This document shows, piece by piece, positions 25,523 to 33,704 of a stretch of DNA of 40,050 nucleotides. Position 1 is the stretch's first letter. Each line of letters begins with the position of its first letter. The DNA comes from a virus. The notes below the pieces were generated by a model, which worked only from the letters and a program-made list of their open reading frames with translations, made no database searches and was not told the origin of the DNA. The position numbers and the translations under genes were made by a program. Location: positions 1 to 40,050 of IMG/VR virus record IMGVR_UViG_3300010167_000005; one strand, 5' to 3'.

Positions 25523-25806
25523 GCGAAGGCGTCTTCAAAGTGATGCTGCCGAGTGATATCTCACTCAAGTTCAACGAAGCGATGGGCATCGGCATGGATG
25601 CAGGGAACATACTGTACGACATAACGGATGCCAATTCCATCAGAGTGATGGGATTGAGAGAATCTCTCAGAAGGATATCCGAAAGATCGGACGACGCAAT
25701 CGTCAAATCCGTATGTGACATGGCAGTGGCGAGTATCAACGATGCACTCGCAAAGATCGGCGCTCTTGAAGCAACGATTGCTGCCGCACAGCCGGTTGTT
25801 GAATGA
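25519..25806 (+). CDS. Hypothetical protein (95 aa)
   Basis: ATGA-coupled start. Last gene of the rightward late unit. Confidence 0.55.
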   Translation: MSEGVFKVMLPSDISLKFNEAMGIGMDAGNILYDITDANSIRVMGLRESLRRISERSDDAIVKSVCDMAVASINDALAKIGALEATIAAAQPVVE

Positions 25807-25824
25807 GAAGAGATATCATGACGA

Positions 25825-25856
25825 GCCAGGCGGAATCCTGGCAGAACTTTTGTTCT
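25825..25856. terminator. Bidirectional terminator candidate between convergent genes
   Basis: Hairpin GCCAGG-cggaat-CCTGGC lies at 25825-25842. It is followed by AGAAC-tttt-GTTCT at 25843-25856, which contains a T-run. Confidence 0.5.
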
Positions 25857-26062
25857 TAATGCTCATCTACATAATGTGCTATCCTTGCCGCTGATGCTTT
25901 AGAATAGCCGGCAGATCGTAATCCTGCATACGTGCGCCTACCCTTAGCAGTGTGGAGACCAAAGGGAACGATATAGTACCCTCTTTTACCTTTTACCACA
26001 TCGCGCTTCGGGTGGTGCAAACGTTTTGCTCTCTTCAGCGCTTTGCTATAACTTTCTGGCAT
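25856..26062 (-). CDS. Small highly basic protein (68 aa)
   Basis: Minus-strand ORF rich in Lys/Arg (KRAKRLHHPKRDVVKGKRGYY). It is the second gene of the only leftward unit. Confidence 0.55.
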   Translation of the reverse strand: MPESYSKALKRAKRLHHPKRDVVKGKRGYYIVPFGLHTAKGRRTYAGLRSAGYSKASAARIAHYVDEH

Positions 26063-26109
26063 ATATTAAAAAACAAAAGAGAAAATATAAAAAGTTTTTT
26101 AAAAAAGGT

Positions 26110-26439
26110 TTAAAAGCAAGGGTCGTAATACTTTTCTCTATACCCTACTACAAACCTCTGATCGTGTCCAACAACCTTCCATCCTCTCTTCGTTTTTATG
26201 AGTGTGAGTATTTCGCCGTCTGGGTTAGGCGTGTACTTATATTCCTGGTGCTCGCTCTGACAGGTTCCGCCTACGAGTTTTGCGTCGTCTTCCTGCACCC
26301 TTATCTTCTTCTGTGTGATGACTTCTATGACTGTGTACGGGTATCTGTCGCTCCACATGACCTTCGTCGCTCCCGTACCAACTTCTATCTTCTCTACGCC
26401 TGCTCCTTCCATCATTCTGTTCTGAACGCTTCCATACAT
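26110..26439 (-). CDS. Hypothetical protein (109 aa), first gene behind P5
   Basis: The ATG (MYGSVQ...) lies 9 nt after GGAGG in a leader resembling those of P1-P3. The track start is an upstream TTG at 26448. Confidence 0.6.
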   Translation of the reverse strand: MYGSVQNRMMEGAGVEKIEVGTGATKVMWSDRYPYTVIEVITQKKIRVQEDDAKLVGGTCQSEHQEYKYTPNPDGEILTLIKTKRGWKVVGHDQRFVVGYREKYYDPCF

Positions 26440-26511
26440 TTTTGCCAACCTCCATAGTTGATAGATATAGTATACAACTTAAGTATATAAATATTACTAT
26501 TAGAACTTTAA
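26440..26511 (-). promoter_or_regulatory. Promoter-leader cassette copy P5 (leftward)
   Basis: The reverse complement of 26484-26511 is TTAAAGTTCTAATAGTAATATTTATATA. The leader is caactatggaggttggcaaaaATG. Confidence 0.65.
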
Positions 26512-26526
26512 TGTAACAATAGTTAA

Positions 26527-26579
26527 GTAGTAAAACGAGTAGTAAATCGGAGTGAAAAATGGTTTTCATTTTACTACTC
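26527..26579 (-). repeat. 53-bp element, inverted copy
   Basis: The reverse complement matches 6653-6705 at 50 of 53 positions. Confidence 0.9.
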
Positions 26580-26681
26580 TCACGGTTGGAGGACCTAAAC
26601 AAAATTTAGGTGCAGAATTTTGGCTGATAAAAATAAATGTGACACCTTTACACCTGAGTAGTAAAACAACTCATTTTTACT

Positions 26682-26729
26682 CATTTTTCACTCCGTTCTT
26701 CTACTCGTTTTACTACAAACAATTGTTAA
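26682..26729 (+). repeat. 48-bp element, direct copy
   Basis: Identical to 6671-6718 (catttttcactccgttcttctactcgttttactacaaacaattgttaa). Confidence 0.95.
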
Positions 26730-26898
26730 GTATATTTATTGCTTACGTAAAAATAGATGATCATTTATATAATGTAGTAAAATGAAGGGTGGTTTCAAAC
26801 TGCGTATAAAAATCAAAATATATAATAATATGACAGGATTATTTGCTTCATTTTACTACTCACAACTTAATTGTATAATATTTCTATATATCCATATA

Positions 26899-26906
26899 TT
26901 TATATA
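26899..26906 (+). promoter_or_regulatory. Candidate TATA box for the rightward replication operon (probable leaderless first gene)
   Basis: TTTATATA starts 29 nt upstream of the ATG at 26928. No Shine-Dalgarno site lies between them. Confidence 0.45.
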
Positions 26907-26927
26907 ATTATATTTTAATATCATTCT

Positions 26928-27314
26928 ATGTACTTGCGGCTATGGACGGAAGCGTATACGAGCGTTGAGGAGTTCAACTTCGACCTGGCTGATCGGATGA
27001 AATGCTATATGGCGATGGTTGATATAGCGTTTGACACAGAGTATTTCGAGCAACGGTTGAATATGCTATCCGCTAAGTTTGACTGGTCGGCAGTAGGTAC
27101 GTTTGAGAGATATTGGTTGACAGTGAAGAAATACTTCTTTGAGATTGGCGGAGCAGCGATATTGAGAAAGATATTCAAGGGTACGGTTGACGATAAAGAT
27201 ATGCGGAAGGAGTTTGAGAAAAGAATAGGGTATGAGAATTTATCTTCTGCTTTAGACGAATTAGATTGCTCAGAGATAACAAGAGAAGAGTACAGGGAGT
27301 TGAACAAGGTATGA
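26928..27314 (+). CDS. Hypothetical protein (128 aa)
   Basis: First ORF of the rightward unit. Confidence 0.6.
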   Translation: MYLRLWTEAYTSVEEFNFDLADRMKCYMAMVDIAFDTEYFEQRLNMLSAKFDWSAVGTFERYWLTVKKYFFEIGGAAILRKIFKGTVDDKDMRKEFEKRIGYENLSSALDELDCSEITREEYRELNKV

Positions 27315-27472
27315 GAGGCAAAACTGAAATAATGTTCTCTGCATACGCAGATCGAAACCTCTACGCTGAATTATGCAAAGAAGCGATAGAGCGGGGCGTG
27401 AATCGTTCCATAATAATAGACGAAATGCTTGCGGAGAGATATCGTGCTAAAATTAATGCAACATCAGACTAA
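27311..27472 (+). CDS. Ribbon-helix-helix (CopG/Arc-like) DNA-binding protein (53 aa)
   Basis: ATGA-coupled start. IMFSAYADRNLYAELCKEAIERGVNRSIIIDEMLAERY fits the RHH pattern of a beta strand followed by two helices. Confidence 0.6.
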   Translation: MRGKTEIMFSAYADRNLYAELCKEAIERGVNRSIIIDEMLAERYRAKINATSD

Positions 27473-28808
27473 AACGGTCAAACTATCAGATCATGTAGAG
27501 CAGCACGCTCTTCTATGGACGATGGGTACGGGCAAAACTATCGCTACTTGGAGCATATTAGCAAATCTATTGCATCAAGGTAAGATAAAGAACGGGTTAA
27601 TCGTCTGTCCAATCCAGGTAATAGGGGCGTGGGAAGATGATCGTAAGCGGTTTGGCGAGAAAACTCAAGAATTGTTATCCGCAATAAAAATCATAAATTA
27701 TGAAAAACTCCATCGCCGAAAAGAGGCTTATGCCGCTGATTGGGATGCTATTGTAGTAGACGAGAGCCACATGATATCGAATAGAAAATCTCTCCGTTTC
27801 AAAACGTTGGGGATAATGGTACGGAAGGAGCAGTACCGCTTCATATTATCTGGCACGCCGATAGGTAATGCTCGAATGGAAGACTACTTCTCTCAATTTA
27901 AGTTTTTGTTGGGAGAGGAGTTTCCTTTCAAATCCTATAAATCATTTTTAGACGCATACTTTTCATACGATTTAAGTGAGAGTAGAGCCACGGGAGCGAG
28001 ATTTTATGACAGAGTTTATTGCAATAGAATTGATGAGTTATTACGCTGGATAGCGCCATACTCCTCTCGATATGATAAGTCCGTATTATCTGATTTATTG
28101 GAACCGTTGCCACCAACTGTTCACAAGGTTGAGTTGAGTGACAAAAACTTAGCGATTTACAAGCAGTTAAAGAAGAGCAAGGTAATAATATCTGATGATG
28201 GCTCCATAGTAGCAGATCGTGCGCTAACCTTGCTCATACGGTTGCGCCAGTTATCTTCACATATATTCTCAGCCGAAGAAGGGTACGTGGAGATAATCAG
28301 AGAAAAGGACAAGTTAACGCCTAAAATACAGGCGTTAGCGGACATATTAAGAAGTAAAAATATTATTGATGATGATAATATCTCAACTAAGCAAGGTAGC
28401 AAAATCGTGATATTTGTCGACTGGGTGGAGAGTATGGAGCAGATAACACGCTTCTTAAGATCGGCTGGCGTGAAATATGAGCAGATGGGCAATGGCGTGA
28501 CAGGGCATGAGCATTGGCAAAACTTCCAGGCGGATGATAACATTAAGGTTTTTGTTGGTAACTATCGCTCCATATCTCTCGGCGTGCAGTTATTTTCAGC
28601 AGATACTGCCATCTTCTTCGAACCGACGCTATCATCCCAGCAGGATACGCAGGCAAGATCAAGAATACATCGAAAGGGGCAGAAGGGGATTTGCAGTTAT
28701 ATTTACCTTATAGCAAAGGGTACAGTGGAAGAGGAGATATACAATAGACTGAAACATTTTGAAGATTTTTTTAATAAAATGTTCCTAAATTACCTTAAGT
28801 TGGAATAG
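27444..28808 (+). CDS. SNF2-family (SF2) DNA helicase / translocase
   Basis: Motifs MGTGKT (motif I), VVDESH (motif II), LSGTP (motif III) and a C-terminal QDTQARSRIHRKGQ (motif VI). The likely start is GTG 27444, 7 nt after GGAG. TTG 27429 and ATG 27456 are alternatives. Confidence 0.85.
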   Translation: MLKLMQHQTKTVKLSDHVEQHALLWTMGTGKTIATWSILANLLHQGKIKNGLIVCPIQVIGAWEDDRKRFGEKTQELLSAIKIINYEKLHRRKEAYAADWDAIVVDESHMISNRKSLRFKTLGIMVRKEQYRFILSGTPIGNARMEDYFSQFKFLLGEEFPFKSYKSFLDAYFSYDLSESRATGARFYDRVYCNRIDELLRWIAPYSSRYDKSVLSDLLEPLPPTVHKVELSDKNLAIYKQLKKSKVIISDDGSIVADRALTLLIRLRQLSSHIFSAEEGYVEIIREKDKLTPKIQALADILRSKNIIDDDNISTKQGSKIVIFVDWVESMEQITRFLRSAGVKYEQMGNGVTGHEHWQNFQADDNIKVFVGNYRSISLGVQLFSADTAIFFEPTLSSQQDTQARSRIHRKGQKGICSYIYLIAKGTVEEEIYNRLKHFEDFFNKMFLNYLKLE

Positions 28809-28856
28809 TAATATATTTATATAGAGATATTAATATATCAGACAGAGGTTACAAAA
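28795..28856 (+). promoter_or_regulatory. Promoter-leader cassette copy P4 (divergent copy)
   Basis: TTAAGTTGGAATAGTAATATATTTATATA lies at 28795-28823 and overlaps the YLKLE-stop of the SNF2 gene. The leader ends GAGGTTACAAAAATG. Confidence 0.55.
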
Positions 28857-29666
28857 ATGAACGAAGGAAAAACGCAGATGTCGCCGTATTTCCCACAAAT
28901 ACCAAAAGGCGGGATTATTGCGATATCGACATCGAAAGGGACGAAGCAATATGTGACAAAAGAGGGAATGTACTCTCTCGCTTTCACAGTAGGACAGAAA
29001 ATGCCGTATCGTATCGAATACGATCTATGCGAAAGAGAGATAGACGGTCATAGAGTTCTCATGTGCAAGGGTAGGCTGTACAAGACCGAATTATCGCAAG
29101 AAAAAAGTGCAGCGATGAATCTGCTGATGAATGAGAATGTTCTTAAAAACGCTCCACTTGTCGATATGTTAATGAGCATATTGGAAAAGCCAGACTGTGA
29201 AGATATCGCTGTTAAGCCGATGCCGATAGCACCAAAAGGAACGGTAGTTGACCCGAAAGAGATAGAGGCGCTGTACAAGAGGACAATAACAAACTGCAAG
29301 ATGAGAGTATTGTCCGAGTTTGTCGGAGCAGGGTATGCGATAGTATCTGACATGACAGATGAAGACGTTGAAGACGCATCGCCAGAAAGACAAATGGCTG
29401 CCGTTGAAGAAGGACTCAAGAAGTTCGAAGAGATGGATAAAAAGGAAGTGGCGTTGGAAACGAAGGCTGATTATATCCGCGCCATAAGTGAGATATGCAT
29501 CAGAAACCTCGGGTCAAATGACATCAAGGTTGCATACTTCAAAGACAAGGAGATAACTCGGAACAGCCAGTTGACAGACGATCAGGCAAAAGAACTCTAC
29601 GAACAGATCACAAAAAGTATAGGCCAAACGTGTAGCGCAACAGAAGAAACGGCAACAGAGGAATAA
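28857..29666 (+). CDS. Hypothetical protein (269 aa); recombination-module position
   Basis: ORF behind P4 and immediately upstream of the Cas4-like nuclease. No motif recognised, so a single-strand annealing role is only a positional guess. Confidence 0.55.
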   Translation: MNEGKTQMSPYFPQIPKGGIIAISTSKGTKQYVTKEGMYSLAFTVGQKMPYRIEYDLCEREIDGHRVLMCKGRLYKTELSQEKSAAMNLLMNENVLKNAPLVDMLMSILEKPDCEDIAVKPMPIAPKGTVVDPKEIEALYKRTITNCKMRVLSEFVGAGYAIVSDMTDEDVEDASPERQMAAVEEGLKKFEEMDKKEVALETKADYIRAISEICIRNLGSNDIKVAYFKDKEITRNSQLTDDQAKELYEQITKSIGQTCSATEETATEE

Positions 29667-29668
29667 GC

Positions 29669-30703
29669 ATGCCTGAGTACCATTACTCCGCTTTGCAGAC
29701 GTACGCAACGTGTCCACGGCAGGCGTATTACCGATATCGGAAAAGAATACAGCCTGCTCAAACTCCGCTTGCGCTGATAATGGGGATTGATATACACGAA
29801 GTGATAGCGGAGATGTTCCGCAATCCGCATGATGATGACAATAAAGCAAGGGTTGACGCAAAGATAGCGGAGATACAGTCTCACTACCCGGACAGCGATG
29901 AGATAATGAAGGTTGGATGGACGGAATACACTCGTGCAGAGTTAAGAGAAATGTTAGAGGTAACATTGGAACGATTCTACGAGACAAGACGGAAGCAGAT
30001 ACTCGATAACTATGATGTTATCGACGTAGAGAAGGACTTCCAGTTCGAGCATAATGGCGACATATATGGCGGGACTATCGACCTGGTAATAAGGCGAAAG
30101 ATGGACGGTAAACTATGCTTGCTGGATTGGAAGTCGATATCAAAGCAGATACAAGAAGGGTATCTGGAGTTGAACACGCAGAAATATATGTACGCTGTAG
30201 CGTGCTCCGTTCTGTATGGCGAGTATCCGTCAACATTCTACGTTGGCGGTGTTCTCAAACGCAAGATCAGATATCCAACGGTATTGAAGAACGGGACGAT
30301 ATCCTGCTCAGATTCTACACTCAAGGACTGCACATATGACTCGTTTATGTCAGTAATACGCTCGAACGAGTTAAGTGAAGAGCCTTATGCTGAGATATTG
30401 GCGAAACTGAAAGAGAAAGATTCTTACGATATCGTGAATCTGTTTCCGCTGGAGCATTTGGACTTGACGGAGAAGATGATAATCAACGGATGGGATAGAA
30501 TTGTGCAACTCAAGAGGTTGTGGCAGTTCAGTGTCGAAAGCGATGCCTGGCCCAAATGTGACGGCATGTCATGCTCCATGTGCAAAAACACATATCAAAA
30601 GTTGTGCGTAGCAGAGGAGATGGGAGCAGATATTGAAGAAGTGCTGTTGGACGATTATGTTGTCCGTGCCCCGAACGATCGTGCGGAGGCATGGGACCTA
30701 TAA
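29669..30703 (+). CDS. Cas4/RecB-like PD-(D/E)XK exonuclease with Fe-S Cys cluster
   Basis: N-terminal YATCPRQAYYRY. Nuclease core GTIDLVIRR...LLDWKS. C-terminal Cys cluster CDGMSCSMC...C. Confidence 0.75.
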   Translation: MPEYHYSALQTYATCPRQAYYRYRKRIQPAQTPLALIMGIDIHEVIAEMFRNPHDDDNKARVDAKIAEIQSHYPDSDEIMKVGWTEYTRAELREMLEVTLERFYETRRKQILDNYDVIDVEKDFQFEHNGDIYGGTIDLVIRRKMDGKLCLLDWKSISKQIQEGYLELNTQKYMYAVACSVLYGEYPSTFYVGGVLKRKIRYPTVLKNGTISCSDSTLKDCTYDSFMSVIRSNELSEEPYAEILAKLKEKDSYDIVNLFPLEHLDLTEKMIINGWDRIVQLKRLWQFSVESDAWPKCDGMSCSMCKNTYQKLCVAEEMGADIEEVLLDDYVVRAPNDRAEAWDL

Positions 30704-30747
30704 AAACATTTTTTAAAAAACTTTAAATAATTGAAGGAGAGAGAACA

Positions 30748-31380
30748 ATGGGAATAAACCTAACAAATGAGCAAAGAGCGGCGATCAAAAACAGTCCGGA
30801 TACCGGCGATGATTCGTCAATGCCGTACCCGTCATTAGGAACGCATAAGTTTGTGATAAGCAAAGCAGACGTAAAGCACGGTGACTATGCAGAGTTTCTG
30901 TCGCTAACAATCGTGTGCAAGTGCGTCGACGAGCCGGAAACAAGAGCGATGGCGATAACCTTCCGCAATGACGAAAAATCGGTCATTGATATGGGGCACT
31001 TCTACGCACGTCACGCATTGGGCAAGCCGTACGAAGACGAACCGATAGAAGAGACCGATTTACTCGGCGTGGAGATCATGGGCAAAGTGTACCAAAACCC
31101 TGGCAAAAACAGAGAAGGAGAGACGGTTCTGTATACCAACCTGTCAAAGTGGACATGGGTCCCGTCAGCAGATGCGGTGAAAGAAGTTCCGAAGCCAGCA
31201 GTTGAGGTCAAGAAGGAACCGCCGAAGGCAGCAGTGCCAACAGCAAAAGTTCCGCCAAAAACAAAACTGCCTGACCCTGCAACAAAACCTGCCGTTGCCG
31301 TAACGAAGGAAAAAGTTGAGGAAGCGAAGGACCCAACAGCACTGTCCGACGACGAGTTGGACGACCTACTCAACTCGTGA
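30748..31380 (+). CDS. Single-stranded DNA-binding protein candidate
   Basis: The globular N-terminal domain is followed by a Pro/Lys/Ala-rich linker and an acidic tail DDELDDLLNS, which is SSB-like architecture. AAGGAGAG Shine-Dalgarno site. Confidence 0.45.
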   Translation: MGINLTNEQRAAIKNSPDTGDDSSMPYPSLGTHKFVISKADVKHGDYAEFLSLTIVCKCVDEPETRAMAITFRNDEKSVIDMGHFYARHALGKPYEDEPIEETDLLGVEIMGKVYQNPGKNREGETVLYTNLSKWTWVPSADAVKEVPKPAVEVKKEPPKAAVPTAKVPPKTKLPDPATKPAVAVTKEKVEEAKDPTALSDDELDDLLNS

Positions 31381-31384
31381 TAAG

Positions 31385-31738
31385 ATGGACTTCCCTAAGC
31401 AGGAGAACGACAAACCACTTAAACTCATTCCTTATGAGTCAGATATACGCAAAAGATGCGACAATCTGATGAAAAAAAGGGGTGCGTATATCTGTCCTGT
31501 CAATCAGGACGAAAGAGGTTCGTCGGGCGCTCCGGACAGAGTGTACTGCTACAAGGGAATGTTTATCGCCGTTGAGTATAAGAGAAGCGCGAGCGAAAAG
31601 GCATCAAGACTGCAACTGCACCATAAGGACATGATAAGATCAGCGGGTGGCAAATGGTATCTGATATGGAGTAGCGAGCAGTTAGAATTGGAAATGCACA
31701 TATTAGAAGGGACGATCAATGCCGAAAAGAAAAAATGA
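31385..31738 (+). CDS. VRR-NUC / Holliday-junction-resolvase-like PD-(D/E)XK nuclease
   Basis: GAPDRVYCYKGMFIAVEYK gives the D...E.K catalytic pattern. The ATG at 31385 lies just after the upstream stop. Confidence 0.65.
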   Translation: MDFPKQENDKPLKLIPYESDIRKRCDNLMKKRGAYICPVNQDERGSSGAPDRVYCYKGMFIAVEYKRSASEKASRLQLHHKDMIRSAGGKWYLIWSSEQLELEMHILEGTINAEKKK

Positions 31739-33704
31739 CTTTACACAATTCAACGAATGCTTTAACGCATCCGATTCACGTTGCTACGTGATTTGCGATG
31801 CGAATAAGCAACGAAGGAATAGTGAAGTGTACAGTTATCAAGAAGCAAAGGAGTACCTTGAGAAAGGTGCTCTCATAGGGTTCATTTTACCGAAAAACAT
31901 TATCGTTATGGACTTTGATAAAACTGTTTCACAATACATCTTAAGTCTAACGAAATGGGATACAAACCCTAACGATATAACCCATTCCACAACGCCGAAC
32001 GGAATGCACGTTTGGCTTAAATCTGAAGAGGAATATGCTAGCGATATATTGACAATGTGCGGTATATCTGCACGTGTCTATCGTGAAGGGAAATATGTCA
32101 TTCTTCCTTATGGGTGTGATGATAGAGAATTTGTTCAGATGGACGCGTTGAAAGGGTATGATTTCTACCCGATGCTTAAACCGTTGGAATATACTTCGCG
32201 TCCTATATTTAACATACCTATTCCTACTGATGCCTATATAGACACGCTGAAAAGATATGTTCAGATATTAGAAAATGAAGGCTACGATCAGATAGGCATC
32301 GGTGTAGCGTTGACATGGATTAATGATAAGTTAGCTGAAGAGTCAATTCCTCGTGATGTGCTAATTAACAGTGTTATCGGCGATGCCAGAGATATCTCAT
32401 TCATGGACGGAAATAAATTCGACCATGTCAAAATGGTGGATTTTTTCATAGCCAGGTATCCGATGGTTGTCCGCAATGATAGAGTATTTGTCTATTTCGA
32501 CGGCGTGTACAAAGAAGCGGAGAAGTTTATCGAGAATATGACAGTGTACCATCATCCGCCGATTAAGATGGCACAGCGTAAAGAGGTTATCGAAACGTTG
32601 CGGATTAAGGTTAGATCAAAAGAAAAGAAGATGGCGATGAGTAAAAATGTTGTCAACTTTAAGAACGGTACCGTATCGGTTGAAAAATACGGTCAACTTA
32701 ACCCTCATCTACCTGAAACGGTTCTATTCCAGCAGATATCTGCCAATTTTGATTCACAATGGCAGTCTAAAGAGATGCTGGATGTAGACAGATATTTTAA
32801 AGATGTTACGCAAGGCGATGAGCAGTTAGAGAAATTCCTCTATCAATTAATCGGGTACTGCTTAATACCTAACCTGGTATGGGATAAGGCGTTTATCTTA
32901 TGGGGACCCACAGCGGATAACGGTAAGTCCACATTCCTCAAGGTTCTAACAGCAGTAGTAGGTAAAGATAATGTGTCATCGGTATCGTTAAAGCAGATAG
33001 TTGACGATAAGTTCTCACTGGTTAAGACGAATCACAAACTTGTCAATTTGCAAGGAGAGACGTCAACAGCATATTTAGAAGATATCGCTATTTTTAAACA
33101 AATTGTTACCGGAGACGATATTTTAGTGCAGGAGAAAAATCAGCCAGCGTTCATGATGACACCGAGTTGCAAACATATCTTTGCAACAAACGAGTTCCCG
33201 AAGATAAGGGATAAATCAAACGGATTTTATCGACGTGTTTTTGCTGTTGAGTTTAAGGCGAAATTTAGCGAGGAACAGAAGGCTAAATTCAGCATTGATA
33301 ATATCACGCACCAGCAGGCGCTGGACTATATCGCCAGTCGTGCCATATATGAGTATAGCGAAGTTGTGAGGACAAGGACCTGGGCCAAATCCGATGCTTC
33401 TGATATGCTCGTAAATCAGATCAAAATAACCTCATCAAGTGTTGCAGAGTTTTGGTCGAAAGAGATATTAGAAGGGGAGCACATAAACCGTCCGGAATTA
33501 TACACTCGCTATCAAGCCTTTTGCGATGCTGAGGCGGTGAAACATGTGACTGGAAAGAAATCTTTTTATAATGAGTTAAGATTATTTTATCCAGACGAGT
33601 ATAAAGAGTACGGTTCCAACGGGCAGATTTACATAGAAAAAGTTAAGAAGGAAGAAAAGAAACAAGAGGAAGAGAAAAATGAGGTTCTATACAAGCTCTT
33701 TTGA
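31719..33704 (+). CDS. Bifunctional primase-polymerase (prim-pol) + D5/P4-type SF3 helicase
   Basis: The N-terminal part has IVMDFDK (DxD) and TPNGMHVW (sGxH). The helicase part has Walker A WGPTADNGKST and a P4/D5-type C-terminal region. Confidence 0.85.
   Translation: MPKRKNDFTQFNECFNASDSRCYVICDANKQRRNSEVYSYQEAKEYLEKGALIGFILPKNIIVMDFDKTVSQYILSLTKWDTNPNDITHSTTPNGMHVWLKSEEEYASDILTMCGISARVYREGKYVILPYGCDDREFVQMDALKGYDFYPMLKPLEYTSRPIFNIPIPTDAYIDTLKRYVQILENEGYDQIGIGVALTWINDKLAEESIPRDVLINSVIGDARDISFMDGNKFDHVKMVDFFIARYPMVVRNDRVFVYFDGVYKEAEKFIENMTVYHHPPIKMAQRKEVIETLRIKVRSKEKKMAMSKNVVNFKNGTVSVEKYGQLNPHLPETVLFQQISANFDSQWQSKEMLDVDRYFKDVTQGDEQLEKFLYQLIGYCLIPNLVWDKAFILWGPTADNGKSTFLKVLTAVVGKDNVSSVSLKQIVDDKFSLVKTNHKLVNLQGETSTAYLEDIAIFKQIVTGDDILVQEKNQPAFMMTPSCKHIFATNEFPKIRDKSNGFYRRVFAVEFKAKFSEEQKAKFSIDNITHQQALDYIASRAIYEYSEVVRTRTWAKSDASDMLVNQIKITSSSVAEFWSKEILEGEHINRPELYTRYQAFCDAEAVKHVTGKKSFYNELRLFYPDEYKEYGSNGQIYIEKVKKEEKKQEEEKNEVLYKLF

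Larger units (their letters stand above)
26525..26861. repeat. Array B of GAGTAGTAAAA / TTTTACTACTC boxes
   Basis: - orientation copies: 26525-26535, 26537-26547 (variant), 26656-26666 and 26773-26782. + orientation copies: 26569-26579, 26708-26716 and 26851-26861. Confidence 0.85.

Noticed and set aside
26026-26785. Track ORFs 26026-26457 (+), 26237-26602 (-) and 26552-26785 (+)
   Set aside because: They are antisense to, or overlap, the better-supported minus-strand genes, or they run through the repeat-rich AT-rich control region. Their composition is low-complexity (Phe/Tyr/Leu-rich) and they have no ribosome-binding sites.
30722-30729. Exact TTTAAATA (archaeal TATA consensus) upstream of the SSB-like gene
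   Set aside because: It starts only 26 nt upstream of the ATG. The predicted transcription start would therefore fall at or beyond the start codon and would exclude the strong AAGGAGAG site. It is probably just AT-rich intergenic sequence or part of a terminator.
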